A DNA stretch of 64,000 bases, from contig JAYWIR010000010.1 of assembly GCA_036172245.1 (NCBI GenBank), positions 4,526,001-4,590,000 on the forward strand, given 5' to 3'. The position numbers and the translations under genes were made by a program. Positions 39,601 through 51,499 of the stretch are shown here, piece by piece. The DNA is from Raillietiella orientalis. Its lineage: Eukaryota. Numbering within the stretch: position 1 is the first letter of the stretch; each line of letters begins with the position of its first letter. The notes beneath the pieces were generated by a model that saw only the letters and a program-made list of their open reading frames with translations, was not told the DNA's origin and searched no databases.

Positions 39601-41579
39601 CCGACCACAAAGCTCTGAGCTTCCCTGCAACCGAGTTATGCAGTAGGGCCGCGACTCGAGGGGAAAGGAGGAGTGCATTGGACCGTGGTTCGGAGCAACT
39701 TCGCTCGCGTCGTGAACGCGTCTTTCGCATCTCTCGAACCGCGCGATGGGCGGCAGACGATCTCCCGTCGTCGCCTGCGACCTTTCGAAGGGCGAAGCCG
39801 CTCTTTCCGCCCCCGCCCTTGGAGGCCTCTTTTCCCAGCATTCCGTAACGGGAATGCGGCTCGTGCTTCGTGCGCGGTCAGCTGACTCAGTGAGTCGAAT
39901 GCTCGGGAGACTTCGTGAGTGTTGCGTGTGCCGAGTGAGCAACCGTCCTCTTCGCCGAATGCGGTCGGAGTGTTGCGCCGCTTGAGAGAACCCCAAGACG
40001 AGAACGCGTGTGCGAAAAAACGGAAAAGCCGAGAAAGTGATCCCAGGAGAAGGTCCACCATCTTTGGAGGAACCCTCTCCAGTCTACCGACTGTGCTCGG
40101 CCCGATCCTCGGAAGGAGCAGCACTGATGGGACTTCCGTTACGGAGGGTGGAAGATTTCGTCCATCTCGATTCCAGGATTCCCTCCCTCGGAATCTCGCA
40201 TCGCCATCGATCTCTGGCCAGTCAGTTCGCTAGTCAGGTCAGCTGACGAACTGACCACCTGCGAACTGGCAAATTTTGCTTCTTTGAAAAAATAGAAACA
40301 AAAAAAAGAGAGAAGGAAGAGGAGGAGAAGCAATTCATTCAGGAATGATTTTTCATCCTCGGAAACCCGCTACCGACTATCCATCCGCTTTCACTATCCA
40401 TCTATCTACCGACTTCCGATTATTTCTCGCTCATCCTCGAGTGCTCTACTTCTGCCACCTTTTCAGACGTCTCCGCAAATGGACCACAGTGACGTCTTAG
40501 CGAGCGCACGGCGCTATCGGCAGCAGCACCATTAAGTTGAGGATCTCTGAGCTGCAGCTGTTTTTCGCCACTGGCCTCTGGGTTCGGTTTTCCCACTCGA
40601 GTGCATCAAAACAGGAAGCTCGAAGAAGTGTGACCCCGGAGCGGAATGATGCGAGCGATGGAGCTACTCGGCCAACTGCTCGTCAGAAAGTCCAGGTGGG
40701 GCGGTGAGGGTACCAATGCGTTCCTCCGGAAGGCTGCATCTTTCGCAGCTCGTTGACCTTTTCCACTCGGAAACAGGCAAACTCCCACCCGCTTCCGGAA
40801 GCGAAGCGAAATGCTCCACTGGGTCTTGGCTTTCCAAGAGCGCTCTGGAGCAAATGTTCCTGGAGACTCGCTCTCGTGAAGCATCCATCTTTTTCGGATG
40901 CTGCCTTACGCGTTTCATGACCTCGCTATGCGAAGAAAAGAGCGCCTTCATCTCCAAGGACGAGTATCGCGAAAATACGGACAACTGCACGCATCTCTAC
41001 CCCCGAAATGGATGAGGGGAGGGGAGGGGGGAAGAAGTGAAGCAGGTGGTGGTATAGTAACAGTTCCTATCCAAGCCACGGGCAACCCTTTTGTAGGCAT
41101 CCGCCCTGCCTTCTGCCCGTGAGCCCCACCCACGTTCCTCGAATGGTGCCGCCGCCCTTTCAGCTCCCGTTCCACCGATCCAGACGGTGTCAACGGAGAG
41201 TCGTTACCCACGTTCTTGGAACCCCGCCCTTGCTGGTGAGGTCACACGTCGACCGAGATGACCGGTTGCCTCTAAGTTCAGCCACATCTCGACCGCCCGA
41301 AACTCCGTTCTGGGATGAAGAAGTGGAGTGTTCGACAAGCAAAGCATGCCGAAGTGCTAGTGCTCCCCCGGAACTCTCTGGAACCCCCTCGAACGCTTTA
41401 CAACTTTCGTTTCTCCAAACGCAATGCGGAAAATCCACGGCACGAACTCGACTTACAGGAAGGCGACTGTTGACCTTCGATTGGTCCGTGAAGAAGCGGG
41501 CTGCGTAGGCTGATCAGGCTGACTTTCCTACTTCGTGGCATCCACAAGAAACTTGGTCTAACAATGTCGGACGCTCTCA

Positions 41580-41900
41580 TCGACGACACAGCTTCGGTTT
41601 CTGACCCCAAATGTTGCTGCGTCTGATGGCTTGTAGGAGATTTCGAAAGTGTTCCGTGGTCTCGCTTGCAGCCAGCGCGCGTACGCTAAGAGTGGCAGGC
41701 GTTCCAGTCGAAGCGAGGAGAGGGAAGAACGGCATTCTTCGTAGACTGGAGTCCTTTTGCGGGCGCCTCAGGGTCACCCGAACTCCCAGCTGGCCAGTTC
41801 GGCGGTTTCGCAGCCAGTTTGCGAGGCACGTGTCTTGACTTCCAAGAGCGAGATGCGACGAATCTTCATGAGGCAGAAACCGTCGATGGGTGAACCGTTG
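41580..41900 (-). mobile_element. decayed I/Jockey-group LINE ORF2 C-terminus
   Basis: WLRNRRTGQLGVRVTLRR...ASETTEHF resembles L.RLRTGH..L...L.R...C...ET.EHF. Confidence 0.4.
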
Positions 41901-44629
41901 CCGACGACTGCGATGGCCCCGGTTGCATGGTGGCAACTTGCGTGCCTCCTTCTTGATAGAGAACCCGTCGCTGTCGTGCGACTCTGGTCTCTTCACTCTC
42001 TTTCTGACCCTAGTCCATTCCCTTCGACTTTCTTTTGGAAACAGGTAGGGAGATTCCGCATCTGTGGTCGCCATGGTGCCACGATGCATATCTTGGATTG
42101 GCCAGAAGAGAGACAATGACGAGGATGATTAAAAAGAAAAAAAGTAACACTGAAAAGTCACTTGGGGTTTAATCGACGTTTATCAGAGAGATTATTTATC
42201 AGATGGGTATCGTATTTATTAGATGGAATTTTATATCTTCCATCCATTTCTCCCAATTCAAATTCCATCTAGATCTTTTCTGATGCATGACATTTCAAAA
42301 TGCGTCTCAGATGACATCTTAGATTGCATCTTAAACTGCATCTTTAACAGAGTGAAAGATTTCTCATTTGCGATTTCCTCAAGGATGAGAATCCTGCTGT
42401 CGTGTAACGCGAATTGGAAGAAAGGAAAAAACACACACACATCCTTGGTTTTCAGCCACTCATCCTGCTCACTACTTTTCCACCGTGTGGATAAACTTTC
42501 GATTCTCTTTCCCTTTCAGAATGAAGCATCAGATCCCCTCTTGTCTTCTGCTTTCTAGGCGGCGCACCACTCACCCAAAGGAAGGTCCGTGCGGTCTTCC
42601 GCAACCCAAGCGAAACGGTGCTTTCGCTCTCACTTTCGCTGCGTGCTCGCGAGCTTGCGAGGTCACCCGCCCCGCAAAGGTCATCCTACCTCGCGAACGT
42701 TTTTCGCGCGGAGGAAAACTGATTTCGCCGCTTCGGTGTTGTCTCTGCTTCCGCTGCCGTCACCGGCGTTCCGGCTACTCCCTCCCACCCTTCCTTTCTT
42801 TTCCTTTTTTTTTTTTTTTTTTCGTTCGTTCTTTCGTCCTTCCGCTCTCTTTGTAGCCGATCAGGGAGATCGGGTTTCCTTGGGGACTCCACTCAGCTAC
42901 CCATCCTCTGTAGTGCTGTTTCACCTGTTACTAACGGGGGGTTGAGGATAAGCTCGGGGAACGAACGCCTCGTCGTCCTTGGCTTCCCCCAAAAAACCAC
43001 TTTTACTTTTACGTCGCGTTTGTGCTGAGGACGGCAGCGCGGGTCCCGGATCGGGAGGATCAGGATCTGCCATCCACCTCCTCATACCCCCGAGTTCCCC
43101 GAGGGTTCCCTTGCCGGCCTACCCGCGCCCTCGCTGCTCCCGCTCGGGTTCGGAACGCCAGAGCCCTCATCCGCGCACGCCTTTTCCCTCCACACCGTTC
43201 CCTCGCCTCACTTCGTCACCCGCGCGTCGCCTCCGAAGCTTCACTCCACCTTGGCGTGGACCGCCGCGACTTCCGGACCCGCGAGACCGCGGTGGTGGAG
43301 CCGCCACGCCCCTTCCCTGGCTCACCGGCGGGCAGTGGATAGGTCGCGCCCGCGCGCTTCTTCGCCCGCCGAGCTCCGTCCTTGGCCTCTTCCGGAGGAG
43401 CTCGAAAACCGGCGCGCGCCCACCCCCTTTTTCACCCTTTCGCCTTCCCGTGGCACCATCTCCACACCCTACGAGTGCGCCTCATCCTCGAGCGGCGCGC
43501 TGGCTTTCGCTGCGATCGGCTCAAAATAGTATCGACGCTCCGTGTGTCATGCTCAACTTATTTTGAGGTCCCTTCACTTGATAAATCTATTTTTAAATAT
43601 TCACTTCTATTGGGAATGATGGAGCTGCTGCTGAATTCTAGGAAGCGCAGCAGCTCACCTGCACGGGATTCACTTTCCTCTTGGAGGGAGGAAGAAGACG
43701 CGGAAAGACGGAGATCGCGAACTACCGGCATTACCCCTCTCTACCCCCTTTTCATTCCTTTTTTTGGGGGATTACCCCTCCCCCCCATTCTTCTCTGGTA
43801 GAACCAGGGCTGCGAAGCTTCGCTACCACTTGAGTCGGAACCTGTGTTCGAATCCAAGGGACGGGGGGGAGGGCACTCACTAGACAATCGACTTCCTTGC
43901 AGATCTCCGAGATGAAGGACGATTCTATCCGGTTTGGGAACGACTGCTCCTTCTGCTTTAGAAACACCCCATGACCGCTTCAGAGAGCACCCACTTTCCT
44001 GAACATCCTATCTGCTTCTTCGAAACGGGCCCGTTGCCGCTAGCAACGACTCTCGTTATCGTCGGCGCTGAAAAATCGCCTTCCTGCCTCTTCTTGATGC
44101 CCCGAGAAGTTCGTTCTGGGACTTCCGACTTGCTTCGAGGAGAGAACCTGTCTGCCCCTCTTCCAAAACGGAATTCTTCTGCCAGAAAGCGCGGCCGCCG
44201 CCAGTTGCTGCCGTGTAAAAAAAGAGGATTCCCCAACCTTTTCTCCCTTGCGATGCGCAAGTCCCTGGCGCTCCACTGGAAGAAGGCGGCGACCACGTGG
44301 AAGATCACCACGTTCCCGCTGCCCAAAGACCGTCTCGACGGGGCGGAAGCTTCGAGTTCCCCGAGGTGCGATGAGCTTTGCAGGACGGCTTCCCAACGAT
44401 GCGTTCTGCGTCGGCGGGTTCGGAGATCTCGACCGCCTTCGCCGACGCTGCACCCGGGAAGCGCCGCGAAGCTCTTTCCCGACCGTGCTCCTCGGAGGCC
44501 CCGAGACACCGCAGCTTCCGAAGCGCAGCGCGAGCGGCGGGTTCGACCTACCGGGGCCCAAACAAACCAACGAAGTCGGCAAATGTTTTTCCCTAGAGCA
44601 CAGTAATTATAACCGGAGAGCACCAGCAA

Positions 44630-44659
44630 CGGCGGCGGCGGCGGCGGCGGCAGCGGCGG
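44630..44659. repeat. (GCG)n trinucleotide repeat
   Basis: cggcggcggcggcggcggcggcagcggcgg is directly visible. Confidence 0.9.
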
Positions 44660-46759
44660 AGGGGGAGCGAAATGCTGCGAAAAAACCAAAGGCATCTCTC
44701 GCTCCTATTCCTCCTCATCTTCCTCCTCCGCCGCCGCCACTGCTGCCGCGCGTCCGACAGCGCTCTCTTGCTCGACGCGCATCGCAACTTGCCCAAAAGA
44801 ACAGCGAAGACGTAGAGACTGCAGAGAGCACGCCAGATGTCCGCGGAGGAGCGCTCGGGGGCCCTGCTGACGAAAGGCACGCACTCGCACCGATCGCGTA
44901 ATCCTTGCGCAGCGTTCGGATCCACTGTCACCCGGGAAACGAGCGCGCGTTGCGTACAACCGTCGAGAAGGCTAAGCGAGAGCGCGGAGTCTGCTCCTAT
45001 ATTTAGACGGATTTGTTTATACCCCGTGTGATACAGAAAGCTGGGAAATTAACAGAGAATTCGGTCGAATCCAAAAATAGCCAGCTGATCAGTGAGGCTA
45101 CTCCGCATCGCCGGTGCGGATCGGGCGGGCTGCGGGTCTCGCAACGAGGTTTTCTCTCCTTCCTTCCTTCTTCTTCTTCTTCTTCTTCTTTTTTTTTTTT
45201 TTCTTGAAGAGAGGGTGCGCGCGAGAGAAAGAGGGCGATTGGAACGGGGGGGAGAGAGCGTTGTTGTCTTCCGCACATGGCTTGCACTTGCCTTCGAGTT
45301 CAACGGGTACAAGCAAGAGGTTTGTGGAAAACCGACTTCCAAAATTCGAAAGAGGGAGGAGGAGGAGGGAGATCCGGATTTTCGGAGTAAGGATAGCACC
45401 GCGGACACCAACTGTGCTCCTCCTCTCGGTTTTATCTCACGCGGCGACCTGGCTGCTGCTAGCTCGAGCGCGTCCGGCGGAATCCGCGCCTTCTCGAGCC
45501 GATTGCCCGATGGCGTAGCACCCGGTTGTTTGCACCGCGCCGATGACGCGCGGCACGTCAGCTCCGCAGGACAGGGGGGGAGAGTGAGTCGGAGTCCGGT
45601 AGCCAGAAAAGGAGATGCGTGCGACCATCGTTCAGCCCAGCAGGTCTCGAGACGACCCAACCGCGGGGCTGCGCTGACCCGGCTTCTTCCTGAGCCCGCC
45701 GCACAAGCTTGGGTGCTCCTCGCCTCCTGCGGCGAAGAACGGAGAGCTACTCTGGCTCCTAGCTAACTCCGCCCGACCGTCGTCGTACAACTCCCGGCAC
45801 CAGGCCGCGTTAGAGCTGAGGGCGCTCCCCTGCCCGGGGCAGATGCCCGGAAGGCATTCGGCTGTGCCTCGAACACCCAGAAAAGCCGCTCTCGGGAACC
45901 AGGCTTCGGAAACTGCGCCCTGCCAGGTTCCGGGAACTGCGAGTCTTCCGTACCAGCGTCGTCTGGCATTTCCGGGAGGATTTGCGATTCGATTATCGTC
46001 TCCTTCCGCTCGTAGTTGGGCACGGGCCAGTCCGCCGGAGTCGTCGCTGGTGCTGTCCCGTCGCCCGCGGACAGCTGTGCGGCAGCAGCGAGGGAGCCAA
46101 GCGGTCGAGATCTCGGACCGCTCCCGGAAGAGGTCAGCGGGGGTCGGCCGAGGCGTTCCACAGAACCTGACGGAGCGTTTCCGTCCATGGAGGCCGGCGC
46201 TCTTCCAAAGGAACGTCCCCTCGAGACTCTGCAAAGAATGGACACTTCTTCCTTCGGAGAAGATACGTGCGCCTTCTCTGCGTCCTGCCCCGCCCTTCAG
46301 ATACTGCTCCTGTGCTTGCAAATGCGCGCGCAGGGAGAGAGAGTCAGGAGGAAGGCAACTCGCACTTCCCTATTCGGAAACGTCCGTTCCGGAGACGAAG
46401 ACGCGCCACCGCAAACCCGGCAGGGGGTCGCCTTCGTTCCGACCCTGATAGGCGCTGCCAGGAGAGGAATTTCTTTCTTTCTTTTTGACAACAGGCACGT
46501 CTTTGGTGGGTCCAGAACCTGGGAGGTAGACTAGGGATGTTTTTTTTTTTTTTCCGCTTGCAGCGGTGGCTCTTCTTACATATGGGTTGCCCGGCGACGA
46601 GGTGACCTTCGCGAACCTTGATCGTGCGGTTGCTGTCGCCGTTTCTGTGTGAAAAGAGGCTTCGGTGAAGATGCGGCTCGCCGAGGTCGGACGCGGGAAA
46701 CGCGCAGACTCGCAGGTGGAGCTTCCGCGCAACCAAGAAGCGAAGGAAGGGCGCGGTCG

Positions 46760-47340
46760 GACGCTGCTCGCCTGAGGGGCGCCAATCCCTCCTTCCGGAA
46801 CCAAGAAGCTTTTCCAGGACCTCGAGGAGCGCTTGCGGGATTTCAGACCTCGGTCTGGCTTCAGCACTCTCTCGAAGCGATTGGTCACCTTCATCGATGG
46901 TGATTGGGTTTAGGCTATGACCCCATGTCCGATTCGTGAGCGAATTCTGTAACCCTCCCCCAGCACTTTGTCACTCCAAAACTCGCCTTTCCCGCCGCCG
47001 TCCACCCTCCTCTTGCTAATCCCGACTTCTGCAAAACGACTGACCAACAATACTGTCAGGGATGGAAACAGGCGTGCCCTCGCTGTGCTTTGCTCCCTCC
47101 TCGCTTACCCACGAAGACCCCAACCCAAGGTAAGATGGGTCCCGGCCAACCCCAAGCACATCGGACCAGAGAAGCAGTAGCCCCTCTGGGAACGCAGTTG
47201 CCTCGGTGCCCGGCGTTCACAGCTCTCAAGGTAGGACGCGGGCGCCCGACCCAAATGCTCCAACATCTGCATGGCCCGACCTTTCAAGAGATCTCTTTGA
47301 AAGGGGTCGGAGAGGGAGGAAGAAGGGGACCTTCTGAGCG
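46760..47340 (-). mobile_element. decayed L1/Tx1-like RT fragment
   Basis: DPFQRDL...QMLEHLG resembles AFDRV.....LE..G; FAHESDM resembles AYADD; FERV...GLKSRKRSS resembles F....GL..N..KS; LVPEGGIGAP resembles LP...GGLG.P. Confidence 0.4.
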
Positions 47341-49559
47341 GCAAACCCTCCGCCGAGACATCCAGCGGAGAAACCAGCCCTGTCTCCTTGGGAAGGCAGA
47401 CCCGGAGAGGGTGGCAAAGGCTGGGGCGGCCGCGCGCGCACCTGGAGAAGGGAGCTCACGCGATTGGCGCTTCAGGGCGCGCAGGAGTTCCGCATGCGTG
47501 GCAGCAGTGAGAGGGAAGCCCTGACCACGCTCCACCAGGGTACTGCTGCATCAGGATGCTGGGGGCGAGGTGCAGATTTCGAAACGACAGTGTTCAGTCG
47601 CACTCGCGAATTCTTGCCCAACCATCCCGCAGAGATTCCCGCTTTTCCGGTTCCCTCCTCGCCTACTCGAACGGCATCAGCAAAAAAAAAAGAAAGAAAG
47701 AAAAAATCTCCTGGAGAAAGCACTTCCTACTGTTCCTTCCTCTTCCTTCTCCAGCGTGTGTGCCTGCTTCATATAGATTAAAAAGAGCGTTTCCCGAAAG
47801 CAGCAGTTGCCATGGTTTCCGGGAAGGAGAGAGACTCGGGAAAGGGATGAATTTTCTTCCGTCTGGGATTCTGTCGCATCCGGTGCTGCTATTGTTCGTT
47901 CACGGGCGCGGCCATGCTCAACCTTTCGCTGAGCCTCCTGCAGACCCATGGGCCTATCGATTCCCAGGTCCGATGAACCTCCCTCTCATCTTCGACTCTG
48001 TAGGAGGACCAGTGAAGGGGGAACGCTTTGGGAACTCCGCCGGAGCGTGATGAAAGTGGTTTCGTCAGAGGGTCAGGAGCCTTCTGAACAACCCTGCCGG
48101 TGGCTCTCTGCGAAAACAGGTGGGTCCTCGTTCCGGGATGCTGGAACCAGCACTTCCTTGAGCGACAAGCGTGTCATCTGGACTGAATCCCGGGCGCCCC
48201 GGAGCGCCTGCGCCCTCTTGTTGACGGACGCGTTTCAAGGCACTAACAACCCCCTCCCACTCCTTTTTTTTCGAAGACGGGTTCCGCGTGACACTTTCCA
48301 TAGAACACGCGTGTTGCTTCCGCACACGAAAGACCGCCGACATCTTTCGACGGCCCCGCTCAAGGTGAGATCCGCCTGGGGACTTATCCTCGCCACCTGG
48401 TGGGATGAGGTGCCAGCGGTGCCGTCGCGATCTGGTTGCGAGCCAAACCGCTGGCTCGACGAGGAGGGGCGCGAGGCCGGAAGCACCCCTTCGTCACTGC
48501 AGCCCACCCTGGGAACGGCATCCGTTGAGACAGAGGCGGTTCTGCTACTCCGGCACAGCGCGGGCGGACCTCTGAGCGAGTCGCCGCCGCTGAACGGCAG
48601 AATGACCACTCCCACTGGACGTCGTCCGAAGCGCTCACACACGTGCTCTTCGAGACCAGCGGCGATGATGCCGCGCGGCAGAAGGGGGAGGAGAGGGAGG
48701 GGAAGAAGAACCGTTCTTTTCCCAAGCGTAGCGGATCCGCCTCCAGACACACGCGGACCCAGGGAGTTTGACTTCGAGTTCTGGACCCGTTTCCGTGAGC
48801 AGCACAGGAGCTTTCCGGCTTCACCCTCGAGTGCCACGCTTGTTTGTTTTGCATCCCAGCGCCGCGGTCCCCTACCCTTTTCCGCCATTACAGGCTGCCG
48901 CTAAGGCGAGCGCCTGATGGCTTTTAACTCAGTCGTTGGCTCCGTTTCATGAGCGTCTTGCTGAGCAAAAAAGAGCGTGGAGATGCGCTCCCAGGTGAGA
49001 GCACATTCGCGCCTTTCTTATTCCCGTCTCGACTTTCATCCGCAGTCTCCCGAACAGATGGAAACGGGAGCATATGGAAGCAGAGGAGGGCTCTTTCGCA
49101 TAAGCGAGCGGGAAAACCACCACCTCTGCAAGCACGTGCTGTGCTATCGCAGCTCGGCAGGTGTTTCCTTGTACACTTTTTTGCCGTACCGTACATTCAA
49201 GTTTAAGTTCGGGGGGTCACCTGGGGTAGGGAAGGAAGGAGGGGGGGAGAATTTCAGGAGCTGCTCCTGGAACAAGGAACGATGGGGTTCCGAACACAGC
49301 CGTGGAAAAACTCAGGTCGCGAGATCACGGTGCATTCCCAAAGGAAGCAGAGAGCTTACCAGCAGCACACGCGGATGCTGCAAAGTCTGTCTTTAAGATT
49401 TGGTGGTGGTGGGAAGATAGCAACGCATCAAGGGAAGTCACGATGATTTCGACTGGAATCAGAGCTCTCGTAGGAGAGCAGGATTCTCGAGATTAGAGCG
49501 CGGCGGCGTTGCAAAGCAAGGAAGTCGCTCCTGAATGCCTCCGCAGAGAAGCCTCGCTA

Positions 49560-49730
49560 GCGTTGGCGGCCGAGTGGCTCAATGGCTCCGCGCGTGGCAC
49601 CGAGCGTCGTGGGTTCGGCTCCCCCACTTGGAGGGTCGGGAGATGCGTCGCGAATATGGAGTCTCCCCCGCAGGATGGCGCTGGTTGCTCTGTTCAGATT
49701 CAGAGGCACTGGCGGAAGCCGAATGCCCCC
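49560..49730 (+). mobile_element. tRNA-derived SINE copy
   Basis: A-box-like TGGCGGCCGAGTGG and B-box-like GGTTCGGCTCCC. Tail caggatggcgctggttg...ggcactggcggaagccg is shared with the 63.5-kb copy. Confidence 0.65.
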
Positions 49731-49804
49731 TTGGACTGATCCCGTCCAGTTATCCCGTTTAGAATCAAGGAATCCAGGAAAATCCAGGGAATACAGAAGA
49801 ATCA

Positions 49805-50270
49805 AGGGAATCAGGGACCCGCTTTCCTTCGGGGTTCCCCTCTGGTTGTGAGAATGGCAACCCTCTATCGCGTTCCATGGAGCTGGTTGACAGCCCCCTC
49901 GGGGGTTGCCTCTCCAGAGTCTCAGAAGCGCGCTGCTCCCTCTGGGGAGCGACCCTTTTAGAGAAATTGCGAAGCTTCCCTTCAGTGTTCTCTTCAGAGG
50001 AGCACCAACAAGGAGCAGATACTTTCCGGGACCTCAGAAGAAACAAGGAGCGGGCCCCCCTTCCAATGGGAACTTCGGAGAGAATAAGGGAGAGGAAGTT
50101 TCCTTCAGGGTTCCCTTCGGAGATCCCGCCCAACCACAAGAGGAACGGATTCCTTCCCCCGGAGACTTCCTGGATTCATGGGGTATTCCTCTGAGGTCTG
50201 CCCCCCAACTTGAAGAGTCACGAGCACTTCAGGTGGCGTTGACAACCTCAAAGAGCTTTGTGAGTCCCCC
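49805..50270. repeat. unclassified dispersed repeat, copy 4
   Basis: atcgcgttccatggagctgg...agaagcgcgctgctccctctggggagcg...ttctcttcagaggag...cttcctggattcat...caacttgaagagt...aggtggcgttgac...aaagagctttgtgag. Confidence 0.8.
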
Positions 50271-51499
50271 GCAAGGAGGCAAACGGCTCTTCAGCACTTC
50301 TCGAGCCAAAAAAAAGAAAAACTCGAAAAGAAAAAGCTGGGAGGAAGCAGCGGAAGGATTTCCTTCATGCCATGAGCTCCGTCAAAGCTCAGCCAGCGAT
50401 CGAAGTCGGAAGCACCCGGAATGTGTCAGACCATGAACCACTTCGTGGACTCCACCGGGAGCGAAGCGATCGGTGCGTAGAAGATGCTCGAGACTGGAGA
50501 GGAGCTCCCCCTGAGCAGCAGCAGCAGCAAATGGATGCCGCAGGCGCGCTGAAGCCCGCGCGCCCCGCTCCTTTCCGCTAGCCTGCAGCTCCATCGACTA
50601 CGTCGCGTCGAAAAGAACGCGCTCGCCTCCAGCCAATGAGGAGGCAGGTGTCAGAGGGCGCAGGGGAGCGCCGTCTTCTCTTCACCGGCTCGGCGGCAGG
50701 TGGATATGGACGCGCGGGCGGCTTCTCCGGAGAGCGGCGATGGGGACGCTTCCGGAACTAGCCGGAAGGTGCGACCCTCTCGGCAGAGTCTTCGGGTGGC
50801 GCTGGAGAGCGCGGGCTCGTGGCTCTCGCTTTCCGGCGGGACGAAGTAGGGGGAGGGGGGAAGGGAGGACCTGAATTTTCCCACAAGCACCGGAAGTTCC
50901 GCCGAGCGAGTGCACGCGTTCCTCGCGTCATTTGGCGCCTAAGAGGGGAGGAGAGGAGGCTCTACAGGGAGATTTCGTCAGACTGCGACGCGAGGGACGC
51001 GCGCGCCCTCCCGTCCGATCCATGCGGTTCGGACGGCACAGCGGCTGCTCCCGCGGGAATGAGCTCCGGACTAGCGGCTCCCTTGCTGCGAGCAGACCAC
51101 GGGCGTAGGGGCAGCGCGTGTTCCCGCCTTCCGTCCCTGGAGGAGGGGTGGAGGATGACCCCAGCGACCTCCGCTCGCCTCCCTCCAGGTCCACGGAGAC
51201 TGCGGAAGTGCGGACCAGAGCGATCCGCAGTTTACCGGGAGCACGGAACATGCTGGTACCCACGTTCGACGTCAGGAAAGAGACCCGGGAGACATGGGGA
51301 GACAGTCTCCCGCGACCTCGGACGATGGAGGACTGGGAGAGGAAGGGAGAGAGGAACAGGGAGAGAATTTTCATTTGCTGAAGAGCACAACTTTCCGCCG
51401 TTCCCGCTGCCATCGCTTCGCCAGAACGGAGACCAGGTGCGTTTCCGGAACCCCCTCGCGTCCTTTGCACTCCCCTAGTTTCTTTGCCTGAGGGTATGC

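Noticed and set aside
47948..48904. 318-aa ORF (similarly 28546-29460 and 10083-10901)
   Set aside because: No recognisable motifs and overlapping ORFs in other frames, as expected in GC-rich non-coding DNA.
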